From positions 225,177-289,176 of the forward strand of contig JBJMXD010000005.1 in the NCBI GenBank assembly GCA_045809795.1: a stretch of DNA of 64,000 nt. The letters are read 5' to 3'. The translations under genes and the position numbers were made by a program. The stretch comes from Chthoniobacterales bacterium. Its GTDB lineage: Bacteria; Verrucomicrobiota; Verrucomicrobiia; Chthoniobacterales; UBA10450. Within the stretch, counting starts at the first letter, position 1. Each line of letters opens with the position of its first letter. A model generated the notes under the pieces. The model saw nothing but the letters and a program-made list of their open reading frames with translations, was not told where the DNA came from and did not search any database. Shown piece by piece: positions 43,086-51,202 of the stretch.

Positions 43086-43100
43086 CGAGGCGATCAGAAG
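43080..43100 (+). repeat. attC15, a terminal attC stub (ACCTAACGAGGCGAT...)
   Basis: Only R'' plus ~8 nt are retained. Similarity ends where the convergent kinase stop codon (43094-43096) begins. Confidence 0.5.
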
Positions 43101-44656
43101 AGTTCCGGATGATCGTCGGCGACGGGTTCGGGGGTGATGATGGAGCGGATTTTGGCGAGGAGATCGTTGAAGTCGTAGGGCTTTTGGATCGTGTCGATGA
43201 CCCCGGCTTTCAACATTTCGGAACGAATCGCGGGTTCTAGATACCCGCTAGCGACGATGGCGCGGACGCCGGGGCGGCTCTCTTTCATTTTCAGAAAGGC
43301 TTCGCGGCCACCGAGGCGGGGCAGACCGAGATCGCAAACGACGAGGCCAATCTCGGCACTATGGGTTTCGAAAAGAGAGACGGCTTCGATGCCGTCCTTC
43401 GCGGGAAGAACGCGGAAGCCTTCGCTCTCCAGGATGGAAACGCCGAGTTCGCGGAGCATGTCTTCGTCTTCCACCAGCAGGATGGTTTGCGGAATGTCCT
43501 GGCGCGGCGCGCCGGTCCGATCGGGGCCCAGTTGCTCGGCGGCGACGTGTTTGACCGGTAAATAAATGATGAAGCTGGTGCCGGTGCCGGGCTCGCTCTC
43601 GACCTGGACGAAACCGCGGTGGTTGTTGACCACGCCGTAAACGACGGAGAGCCCGAGGCCGGTGCCTTTGCCGCGCTCTTTCGTGCTGAAGAACGGCTCG
43701 AAAATGTGCGACTTTACCTCACGCGTCATGCCGATGCCGGAGTCGCGCACCCGAATGCAGGCGTAATTGTCCGCGGTCACGCCGGAAAAAATTTCCATGA
43801 GATCGGAGCCGGGAGTGATGCCGGTGCTGAGAGTCAGCGTGCCGCCCTCGGGCATCGCGTCCCGGGCGTTCACGCAAAGATTCAGCAGGACTTGGTGAAG
43901 CTGGCTCTTATCGGCGGTGACGAGCGAAAGTTCGGAGGCGAGGTCGAGATTGAAGCTGATCGTCTTCGGAAATGTTGCCTGGAGCATCGGTTCGAGATCG
44001 CGCACCAGCGCGTTCAGATCGACCGACGAAAAACGCGCTTCAGTCTGGCGCGCTGAGGTCAGCAATTGCTGAACGAGGGCCGCGCCGCGATCGACGGCTT
44101 CCTTGATGACTTTGATCGCGCCGGGAAATTCGTTTGGCTTCGCGTGCGAGCTTTCGAGTTTGTTGGTGTACCCGAGAATGATCGCAAGGATGTTGTTGAA
44201 ATCGTGCGCGATGCCGGCGGCCAGCGTGCCCAGGCCTTCCATCTTCTGCGCCTGGACGAGTTGCTCCTCGAGCCTCTTCCGTTTTGTATCGTTGAAGAGG
44301 TAAACGTGGAGATCGACCAATTCGCCGGCCGTGAAATTTCCAACCAACCGGCCGACGACATACACGGGGTTGCCGTTGCGCTGCGTCATTTCCAATTCGT
44401 GGCGGTCGACGATTCCGTGCTGCCGCACCATCTCCAGCAATTCGACTCCGTCCTGCCGGCTCCGAAGCAACGAAAGAACGTTCGCGGACCGCGCTTCTTC
44501 CGCCGATTCAAATCCAAACATGGTTAAGGCGGCCGGATTGCACCCGATAATCTGGCCATCCGTCCGCATCACGAGGATGCCGGTGAAGTTGTCAGCGACG
44601 AAACGCAGGGCGCGTTTCTCCATTTCGTCTGGTGCGTCGGAAGAATGGTTCGTCAC
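43094..44656 (-). CDS. Hybrid sensor histidine kinase/response regulator (PAS - HisKA - HATPase - REC)
   Basis: 520 aa. H-box GIAHDFNNILAIILGY, G-boxes DSGIGM and GTGLGLS, and a C-terminal receiver (ILLVEDEDMLRE...VVCDLGLP). The GTG start overlaps the upstream stop (GTGA). Confidence 0.85.
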   Translation of the reverse strand: MTNHSSDAPDEMEKRALRFVADNFTGILVMRTDGQIIGCNPAALTMFGFESAEEARSANVLSLLRSRQDGVELLEMVRQHGIVDRHELEMTQRNGNPVYVVGRLVGNFTAGELVDLHVYLFNDTKRKRLEEQLVQAQKMEGLGTLAAGIAHDFNNILAIILGYTNKLESSHAKPNEFPGAIKVIKEAVDRGAALVQQLLTSARQTEARFSSVDLNALVRDLEPMLQATFPKTISFNLDLASELSLVTADKSQLHQVLLNLCVNARDAMPEGGTLTLSTGITPGSDLMEIFSGVTADNYACIRVRDSGIGMTREVKSHIFEPFFSTKERGKGTGLGLSVVYGVVNNHRGFVQVESEPGTGTSFIIYLPVKHVAAEQLGPDRTGAPRQDIPQTILLVEDEDMLRELGVSILESEGFRVLPAKDGIEAVSLFETHSAEIGLVVCDLGLPRLGGREAFLKMKESRPGVRAIVASGYLEPAIRSEMLKAGVIDTIQKPYDFNDLLAKIRSIITPEPVADDHPELF

Positions 44657-44925
44657 GGTGCGTGGGCGGAAGGCGTAGCGGTAGAGGTCGCGCTGTTATG
44701 GTTGCGTAAATCGTCGAGACCGCCAGCAACGAAGACGTAATAAAAGGCCACAACCGCCCCGATGATCACCGCGAAAAGAAAAACGAAACTGGCGAGGCGG
44801 AAACCGCGGAAAGGCGTTCCCGCCCGCTGGCGTGCAGCCCGACTTTGCGCCAACTCGATTTCGAGAAGGCGCAAGACCTGGTCAGGGTCGTTCGGTTCGG
44901 GCTTGCCGTCGCTGTGGGGATTCAT
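44653..44925 (-). CDS. Small single-pass membrane protein translationally coupled to the hybrid kinase
   Basis: 90 aa. TM segment LASFVFLFAVIIGAVVAFYYVFVAG. Confidence 0.55.
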   Translation of the reverse strand: MNPHSDGKPEPNDPDQVLRLLEIELAQSRAARQRAGTPFRGFRLASFVFLFAVIIGAVVAFYYVFVAGGLDDLRNHNSATSTATPSAHAP

Positions 44926-44948
44926 CGAGAAAGAATCTTAACCATTCT

Positions 44949-45653
44949 ATGGAAAGACAAATGGATTCTGAGCAACCGAGGTCAGACACGCGAAAACTCG
45001 TCGCGTTCACTTTGCCAATGGCGGTGTTCGTCACCCTGCTTGGAATGACCAGCGCAGGCAATCGGCCCGAGACGGTTTCCTGGTTCGCTTATCCGGCGCA
45101 CTGGACATATCCGGCGCAGACGGCGATTTGCGGCGCACTCATTCTTTTTTTCTGGCGCGACTACGAACTTAGAGTGCCGCGGAAGCTTTGGTTCGCGATC
45201 GTGATCGGATTAGTTGTGTTCGCGGTCTGGATCGCGCCGCAGCAATTTTTAGGGTTCGCTCCGCGCACAGCGGGTTTCGATCCGGAGCTCTTTGGCAAGG
45301 GGATGCCGATGTATTGGGCGACCGTCTTTATGCGCTTTCTCCGGCTGGTGGTGGTCGTGCCCCTGGTCGAGGAGATTTTTTGGCGCGGATTTCTTCTCCG
45401 CTACCTCATCGACCAAAAATTCACGGCGATTGCTGTCGGAACATTCTCCTGGCTCTCGTTTGTCGTCGTCATGGGCCTTTTCGGTTTCGCCCATTCCCGG
45501 GCCGATTGGGTCGCGGCCCTGATCTGCGGCGCGCTCTATAATCTCGTGGCTTACCGAACAAGGAGCCTGAGTTCCTGCGTAGTTGCCCACGGCCTGACGA
45601 ATCTGCTCCTGGGTCTCTGGATCATGCAGACGCGGCAATGGGGATTTTGGTAG
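44949..45653 (+). CDS. CPBP-family intramembrane glutamic endopeptidase (CAAX protease-like)
   Basis: ATG at 44949 (alternative 44961). Has EEIFWRGFL and FGFAHS...VAHGLTN motifs and multiple TM segments. Confidence 0.8.
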   Translation: MERQMDSEQPRSDTRKLVAFTLPMAVFVTLLGMTSAGNRPETVSWFAYPAHWTYPAQTAICGALILFFWRDYELRVPRKLWFAIVIGLVVFAVWIAPQQFLGFAPRTAGFDPELFGKGMPMYWATVFMRFLRLVVVVPLVEEIFWRGFLLRYLIDQKFTAIAVGTFSWLSFVVVMGLFGFAHSRADWVAALICGALYNLVAYRTRSLSSCVVAHGLTNLLLGLWIMQTRQWGFW

Positions 45654-45689
45654 GCCAAGGCACCGCTCCTGCTTCCCAGGAGAGGCTCC

Positions 45690-45854
45690 ATGCACGCCAC
45701 CTTTTTCCAAAAAGTCATCATTTGCGCGATCGCCGGTTTCCTGGCAGCGGCGCTTTTGGAGTGGGGAAAAATGTTCGTAACGGGCGCCGACGATGCCTTG
45801 AACAAGGGTTATCACCACACGGCGCCGGGCGTGAGTCTCAAGTCCAAGCCGTAG
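45690..45854 (+). CDS. Possible small membrane protein (54 aa), not in the ORF track
   Basis: ATG preceded by AGGAGAGG; MHATFFQKVIICAIAGFLAAALLEWGKMF.... The TAG stop lies inside a REP GTAG motif. Confidence 0.35.
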   Translation: MHATFFQKVIICAIAGFLAAALLEWGKMFVTGADDALNKGYHHTAPGVSLKSKP

Positions 45855-45890
45855 TCGCGGCTTCGGCGGTCATAGACCGCCGCTACAGGA
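45851..45890. repeat. REP-like unit (family R1, right half intact, left half degenerate)
   Basis: CGTAGTCGCGGCTT-CGGCGGTCATAGACCGCCGCTACAGG. Confidence 0.65.
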
Positions 45891-45895
45891 AAGGC

Positions 45896-45993
45896 CTTCC
45901 TGCTCCTGATCTTGATCTTGCTCATGATCTCGTGAGCGGGCATGGCCGTTTCCATGGATCAGGATCATGATCAAGAGCATGAGCACGAAGAAG
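45896..45993. repeat. GATC-hexamer palindromic element, copy 4
   Basis: CTTCCTGCTCCTGATCTTGATCTTGCTCATGATCT ... GGATCAGGATCATGATCAAGAGCATGAGCACGAAGAAG. Contains 6 GATC sites. Confidence 0.85.
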
Positions 45994-46042
45994 AAATGCG
46001 CGCGCCTTGCTGCATTCCGCCGTAGCACATAGCTTGCGGCGC

Positions 46043-47671
46043 ATGAAAATCGGGTTCGCGCAGATCAATCCAACCGTTGGTGACCTGAACGGGAACTTCG
46101 AGAAAATCGTCGCGGCTTACGAGCGGCTGGCGAATGACGGAGCGGAATTGATTTTAACGCCCGAACTGGCGATCACCGGTTATCCGCCGCAGGACCTCGT
46201 CTTCAAGTCGCGCTTCGTTCCCCAAAACCTCGAAATCCTCGATAAGCTCCAGACGCGGCTTGGGAAAGCAGCGTTGCTGGTTGGTTACGTCGAACGGAAC
46301 CAGGACAAGGGAAAGCCGTTTCACAATGCGGCCGCTCTCCTTCAGCCCGGCCAGCCGATCCAGAAAACCTTCAAGTCGCTCCTGCCGACCTACGACGTTT
46401 TCGACGAAGACCGTTACTTCGAGCCAGGATGCAATTCCGCGCCGCTGATGTTAGGCGCGAAAAAAATTGGCGTAACGATCTGCGAAGATATCTGGACTGA
46501 ACATTATTTGCCGCGGCCGTTCTACGACGTCGAACCGGTCCGCGCGCTGGTGGAACAGGGGGCGGAAATCATTCTGAACCTGAGCGCGTCGCCGTTCAGC
46601 CTCAACAAAACGGCGGTGCGCCATGAGATGGTGTCGGCGCTCGCGCAGGCCCATCAGCGTCCGATCTTTTATTGCAACGCGGTCGGCGGAAACGACCAGC
46701 TGATCTTCGACGGGCACTCGATTGCGGTCGACGCAGCGGGCGAATTGATCGCGCAGTTGCCCGGATTTCAAACCGCGGAGCAGGTGATCGACACGGACGT
46801 GGTGAAGCCCATCGAATTCAAGGAGCCGGAGCGAAGCGCCAATCTTTACGCGGCGGTGTCGTTAGGCGTGCGCGATTACCTGGCGAAATGCGGATTCAGA
46901 TCGGCCGTGCTCGGGTTAAGCGGTGGGATCGACTCGGCGGTCGTCGCTGCGATCGCGGTGGAGGCGCTCGGCGCTGAGAACGTCTTCGGCGTATCGATGC
47001 CGAGCCCGTACTCTTCCCGCGGCAGCATCGACGACGCGCTCGCCCTCGCGAAAAATCTCGGGATCAAATGCTTCGAGGTCCCGATCGGAAATGCCTTTAC
47101 CGCGTTCAAAGCACAATTCACGGAAATCTTCGCCGGCCTGAAGGAAGACACGACAGAAGAGAACATGCAGGCGCGTTTGCGGGGAATGATCCTGATGTCG
47201 CTCTCGAATAAGTTCGGGCACATCGTGCTCAGCACGGGAAACAAGAGCGAACTCGCAGTCGGTTACTGCACGATCTACGGCGACATGGCCGGCGGGCTCG
47301 CCGTGATCAGCGACGTGCCCAAGACAATGGTCTACGAGCTAGCGCGCTGGATGAATCGCGATCGTGAGATCGTTCCGCGATCCACGATCGAGAAACCGCC
47401 GAGCGCCGAATTGAAACCTGGCCAAAAAGACCAGGACACCCTGCCGCCCTACGACGTGCTCGACGAAATTTTGCGACTCTACGTTGAAGAAAATCTCAGC
47501 GCGCGCGACATCATCGCGCATGGGTTCGACGAAAAAACGGTGCGCTGGGTGCAGCGTCGCGTCGATATCAACGAATATAAACGCGAACAGGCGGCGCCCG
47601 GTCTCAAAGTAACGAGCCGCGCCTTCGGGGTCGGTCGGCGGATGCCGATCGCGCAGCGTTACATTGACTGA
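46043..47671 (+). CDS. nadE: Glutamine-dependent NAD+ synthetase (CN-hydrolase + NAD synthase domains)
   Basis: ATG at 46043 (MKIGFAQINPTVGDL). Has the P-loop-like SGGIDS (LGLSGGIDSAVVAAIA). Confidence 0.9.
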   Translation: MKIGFAQINPTVGDLNGNFEKIVAAYERLANDGAELILTPELAITGYPPQDLVFKSRFVPQNLEILDKLQTRLGKAALLVGYVERNQDKGKPFHNAAALLQPGQPIQKTFKSLLPTYDVFDEDRYFEPGCNSAPLMLGAKKIGVTICEDIWTEHYLPRPFYDVEPVRALVEQGAEIILNLSASPFSLNKTAVRHEMVSALAQAHQRPIFYCNAVGGNDQLIFDGHSIAVDAAGELIAQLPGFQTAEQVIDTDVVKPIEFKEPERSANLYAAVSLGVRDYLAKCGFRSAVLGLSGGIDSAVVAAIAVEALGAENVFGVSMPSPYSSRGSIDDALALAKNLGIKCFEVPIGNAFTAFKAQFTEIFAGLKEDTTEENMQARLRGMILMSLSNKFGHIVLSTGNKSELAVGYCTIYGDMAGGLAVISDVPKTMVYELARWMNRDREIVPRSTIEKPPSAELKPGQKDQDTLPPYDVLDEILRLYVEENLSARDIIAHGFDEKTVRWVQRRVDINEYKREQAAPGLKVTSRAFGVGRRMPIAQRYID

Positions 47672-47684
47672 CGCGAAGGAAAAA

Positions 47685-47757
47685 TGCACCGCGTTGGAAT
47701 CGAACCAACAACCCAGTGATTAAGAGTCACTTGCTCTGCCAATTGAGCTAGCGGTGC
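47685..47757 (-). tRNA. tRNA-Lys (anticodon CUU)
   Basis: 73-nt cloverleaf read by hand. Acceptor GCACCGC/GCGGTGC, D stem GCTC/GAGC, anticodon stem AGTGA/TCACT with loop CTCTTAA, and T arm GTTGG-TTCGATT-CCAAC. No encoded CCA. Confidence 0.9.
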
Positions 47758-47821
47758 GTTTTAGCGCCGGGAAGAGCGCTAGTTTGCCGCAGATTTTTCT
47801 GGAATCAACCGCCGCGTTTTT

Positions 47822-48109
47822 TCACTTCTCCGCCGCGCGGCGTGCATCAGGGAGCCATCCAACGTCGATCGGAGTTGCGTCGCTCGCCAGGGTAGAAAAG
47901 CGAATCATCCCGTCATTCCGGAATTCGACACTCCAATGTTCGCGCTCGGCCATCGCGAAAATGTGGCCAAACTGGATCCCAATCGGATCGCTCTTAGAAA
48001 CAAAGACGAGTAACTTTTCGCAGTCGACAATACTTTGGCCGTACCGCCGAATGTCGTGGCGCATCACCGTTAATAACGCGCGCGCCTGAGGCGAAAACAT
48101 GTCTATCAT
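47822..48109 (-). CDS. Possible small hypothetical protein (95 aa)
   Basis: This is the 3' part of the 412-aa track ORF that does not overlap the kinase gene. ATG at 48109 (MIDMFSPQARALL...). No family recognised. Confidence 0.3.
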   Translation of the reverse strand: MIDMFSPQARALLTVMRHDIRRYGQSIVDCEKLLVFVSKSDPIGIQFGHIFAMAEREHWSVEFRNDGMIRFSTLASDATPIDVGWLPDARRAAEK

Positions 48110-48250
48110 AGGGCAGGCCACATGCCACAGCGGCGGGGTTGCGGTTAGTACGGACTTTGCGCCAACATCGGCGCGGTTTTCGAGCCGCTCATCGCCGGTT
48201 GCGCCGAAGTCGCCGGCAATGACGCAAATGCTTTGCGCGAGCCCGTAAAG

Positions 48251-49744
48251 ATGCCTTCTTTTCAGGGGATGAAGCCGCAGCAGGAAGAGGATTACCGACG
48301 GTTGATCGCGATCAGCGAGGAGCGGTATCGCGCGTTGCTCGAAAATTTCCCGGGCGGCAACGTGGCTCTGTTCGATCGAGATATGCGGATTCTTTTTGTC
48401 GGCGGTGAAGACACCAAGCGTTACGGCTCGCCGGAAGCGGCCGTGGGCAAGCTGCTCACTGAAGTAGCGCCTGCCGAAACGTGCGCCATCGTGCTGCCAA
48501 ATCTGCGGCTCGCTTTCGAAGGAAAAAAAGTCACGTACGAAACGCCTTACAAATGGGGCACGAAATATCGCGCCACCGCTACGCCGCTTTTGTCGATGGA
48601 CGGTACTGTCGCGGAAGTGTTGGTCGTGGCCGCCAACATCACAGAGCAGGAACGAGCGCGCGAAGCGCTCCAGGAGAGCGAACAGCGTTTTCGTTTGCTG
48701 GCGGAAGTAACTAATGACGCGATCTGGGACTGGGACCTCGTCACTGATGAGCTCTGGTGGAATGAAGGTTTTGAAACGCTCTTTGGATATCGCCGGGCAG
48801 AGGTCGAGAAAACAATCGATAGTTGGTATAACCGCGTCCACCCCGACGAGCGCGCGCGCGTCATCTCCGGCATTCACCGCGTGATTGACGAGGGTGGAAG
48901 GACTTGGTCGGACGAATACCGGTTTCTGTGCAAGAACGGGAATTACGCGTATGTCCTGGACCGCGGTCAGGTGATCCGCAACAACGCGGGCGAACCGGTG
49001 CGGATGGTGGGCGGCATGCGGGATCTGACGGAGCGGAAGCGAGCCGAGGAGGCGGCTCATGCCCTGCCGGCGGAATTATTAAAGGCACAGGATGAGGAGC
49101 GAAGGCGCATCGCCCGCGAATTGCATGATTCGACCGCGCAGGAGTTAGCGGTGGTGTCGATGAATCTTGGCCGACTCGAAGATTGGATCGAAGGCCGCGA
49201 TGCCTGGGCGGAGAACCTTTTGGCGGACAGCCTCGCCGTCCTGGCCCAGGGCAATCGTGACCTGCGCACGCTCGCTCATCTCCTTCATCCACCAATGCTC
49301 GAGGAGCTCGGCCTGATCGGCGCGCTGCGAGATTACGTGGAAGGCTTTTCAGCGCGCAGCGGAATCGAGGTGGCGCTGGAATTCACGGAAAATTTTGAGC
49401 GATGCTCGGAGGAGATTGAAACCGCCCTCTTTCGTGTCGTCCAGGAAAGCCTTGCCAACGTCCATCGACATTCCGGCAGCAAATCGGCTCTCGTGAAACT
49501 CGCGCGGACTGACAACCTCATCGAGCTTACGATTGCCGACGCTGGCAAGGGTTTGCCGACCGGCCTTCTCACCGGCACGGCAGATAGAGTCCGTGTCGGC
49601 GTTGGTATTTCCGGAATGCGGCAGCGAATTCTTCAATTGCAGGGCCGGCTCGAAATAACCTCGGACGAAACGGGCACTACGATGTTTGCCGTTCTTCCAT
49701 TTCGGGCGGAACGCCCTCCGGGTGAAGTTCTATCGCCGCAATGA
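48251..49744 (+). CDS. PAS/PAS sensor histidine kinase, NarX/LiaS-type (HisKA_3)
   Basis: Two PAS-like segments, H-box IARELHDSTAQELAVV, and a C-terminal HATPase. Start is ATG 48251 or 48269; the track start is TTG 48233. Confidence 0.85.
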   Translation: MPSFQGMKPQQEEDYRRLIAISEERYRALLENFPGGNVALFDRDMRILFVGGEDTKRYGSPEAAVGKLLTEVAPAETCAIVLPNLRLAFEGKKVTYETPYKWGTKYRATATPLLSMDGTVAEVLVVAANITEQERAREALQESEQRFRLLAEVTNDAIWDWDLVTDELWWNEGFETLFGYRRAEVEKTIDSWYNRVHPDERARVISGIHRVIDEGGRTWSDEYRFLCKNGNYAYVLDRGQVIRNNAGEPVRMVGGMRDLTERKRAEEAAHALPAELLKAQDEERRRIARELHDSTAQELAVVSMNLGRLEDWIEGRDAWAENLLADSLAVLAQGNRDLRTLAHLLHPPMLEELGLIGALRDYVEGFSARSGIEVALEFTENFERCSEEIETALFRVVQESLANVHRHSGSKSALVKLARTDNLIELTIADAGKGLPTGLLTGTADRVRVGVGISGMRQRILQLQGRLEITSDETGTTMFAVLPFRAERPPGEVLSPQ

Positions 49745-50376
49745 AAAAGCTTCGCATCCTGATTGCCGACGATCACCCGCTGGTCAGGCAGGGGCTGCGT
49801 TCCGTGCTCGAAGCGCAGGAAGGATGGACGGTTTGCGCGGAAGCGGAAAACGGCCGGACCGCCGTGAAGCTCGGCTTGGAATTGAAGCCCGATGTTTTTC
49901 TGATCGACGTGACAATGCCGGAATTGAATGGCCTCGATGCGACGCGACAACTTTGCCGGGAACGTCCCAACGCCGCCGTCTTAATCCTGACCATGCATGA
50001 GTCCGACCAGCTGTGCGCGGACTTGATGCGAGCTGGCGCGCGCGGTTGCCTGCTAAAAAGTGACAGCCCGCGCCAGTTGCTAGCCGCCGTTGAAGCGGTC
50101 GCCAGCGGCAAGCAATATTTCACCTCTTTTGTTGCGGCCAGCGACAAATCTTCTTCCGAAACTCCCGTGCGGTCTCCGCCGCGATTGAGCGCGCGAGAGA
50201 GAGAAATCGTCCAACTTCTGGCGGAGGGTCGAAGCAACAAAGAAATCGCCACATTTCTCGGCATCGCGTTCAAGACGGTCGACGCTCATCGCACAAACAT
50301 CATGAAGCGTCTCAACATGCATTCCGTGGCGGAACTGGTCCGTTACGCCATTCGCGAGCGCATTATCGAAGCCTGA
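49741..50376 (+). CDS. NarL/FixJ-family response regulator (REC + LuxR HTH)
   Basis: 211 aa. ATGA overlap with the kinase stop. ILIADDHPLVRQG...DVTMPELNG...SNKEIATFLGIAFKTVDAHR. Confidence 0.9.
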   Translation: MKKLRILIADDHPLVRQGLRSVLEAQEGWTVCAEAENGRTAVKLGLELKPDVFLIDVTMPELNGLDATRQLCRERPNAAVLILTMHESDQLCADLMRAGARGCLLKSDSPRQLLAAVEAVASGKQYFTSFVAASDKSSSETPVRSPPRLSAREREIVQLLAEGRSNKEIATFLGIAFKTVDAHRTNIMKRLNMHSVAELVRYAIRERIIEA

Positions 50377-50528
50377 CCGCAGCGTCTAAGGTTTCTGCCC
50401 TAGGGTAAATCAGTCTTCGAAATAGGGAGGACTGCGTCCGTTTTGGTCGGATATTTAATGGCCCTGGAAAGGCAAACAACGGCCCGACTGAGAGTTAGCG
50501 GTCGCAACGAACCCTGGAAAACCATTCG

Positions 50529-51194
50529 ATGGCTGAGAAGCAACTACGCATTCTTATTGCCGATGATCACGATATCGTGCGGCAAGGGACGCGTGCTGTG
50601 CTCGAAGCCCAGCCCGGCTGGCAGGTTTGCGGTTTCGCCGAGAATGGGCGCGAAGCCGTGGCGCGGGCGATTGAGCTCAAGCCCGACATCGTTATCCTCG
50701 ACATGACGATGCCGGATCTCAACGGCCTCGACGCCGCGATCCAGATTAAGGAACAACTTCCGGAAACCGAAATCCTCATATTCAGCGGGCACGAAAGTGA
50801 AGAGTTGATTCGTCGCGCGTTCGAAGCTGGAGTGAAAAGCTTCATTTTTAAGAGTAAGGCGCACGAGTCTCTCGTCCACGCCGTCACCGCGCTTAGCCTG
50901 CATAAGCCATTTTTCACGGCGAAAGTTTCGGAAATTCTTTTCTCGAACATGGTCAATCGAGCCGATGGGAGTGGTCACCACGATACCGCCCCCGGCCAGA
51001 GTTTGAGCGCGCGCGAGCGCGAAATTGTGCAGCTCCTTTCTGCTGGAAAAAGTAATAAGGAGGTCGCGGACGCCCTCGCGATCAGTGTTCGCACCGCCGA
51101 AAGCCACCGCGCCAATATTTTGCGCAAACTGAATATCGACTCAATCGCGGGCCTTGTGCGCTACGCGATTCGCAACCACCTGATCGAGCCGTAG
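50529..51194 (+). CDS. NarL/FixJ-family response regulator (second copy)
   Basis: 221 aa; ILIADDHDIVRQG...DMTMPDLNG...SNKEVADALAISVRTAESHR. Confidence 0.9.
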   Translation: MAEKQLRILIADDHDIVRQGTRAVLEAQPGWQVCGFAENGREAVARAIELKPDIVILDMTMPDLNGLDAAIQIKEQLPETEILIFSGHESEELIRRAFEAGVKSFIFKSKAHESLVHAVTALSLHKPFFTAKVSEILFSNMVNRADGSGHHDTAPGQSLSAREREIVQLLSAGKSNKEVADALAISVRTAESHRANILRKLNIDSIAGLVRYAIRNHLIEP

Positions 51195-51202
51195 GCGCAA
51201 CC

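Larger units (their letters stand above)
34163..43100 (+). mobile_element. Integron-type gene-cassette array: 15 cassettes, 12 intact attC sites (11 of 123 bp, 1 of 124 bp), decayed end sites, no intI/attI in the window (CALIN-like)
   Basis: Repeats begin RYYYAAC and end GTTRRRY. They have an internal imperfect dyad with a conserved single-base bulge. There is one co-oriented ORF per unit. Each cassette 5' end is complementary to its own R'' box. Confidence 0.85.

Noticed and set aside
34163-43100. The regularly spaced repeats could be a CRISPR array or a cluster of MITEs.
   Set aside because: The repeats are ~123 bp, far longer than CRISPR repeats. The spacers are 300-1200 bp and each holds a co-oriented ORF. 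There are no terminal inverted repeats with target-site duplications. The RYYYAAC/GTTRRRY ends and the cassette-wise complementarity fit attC sites.
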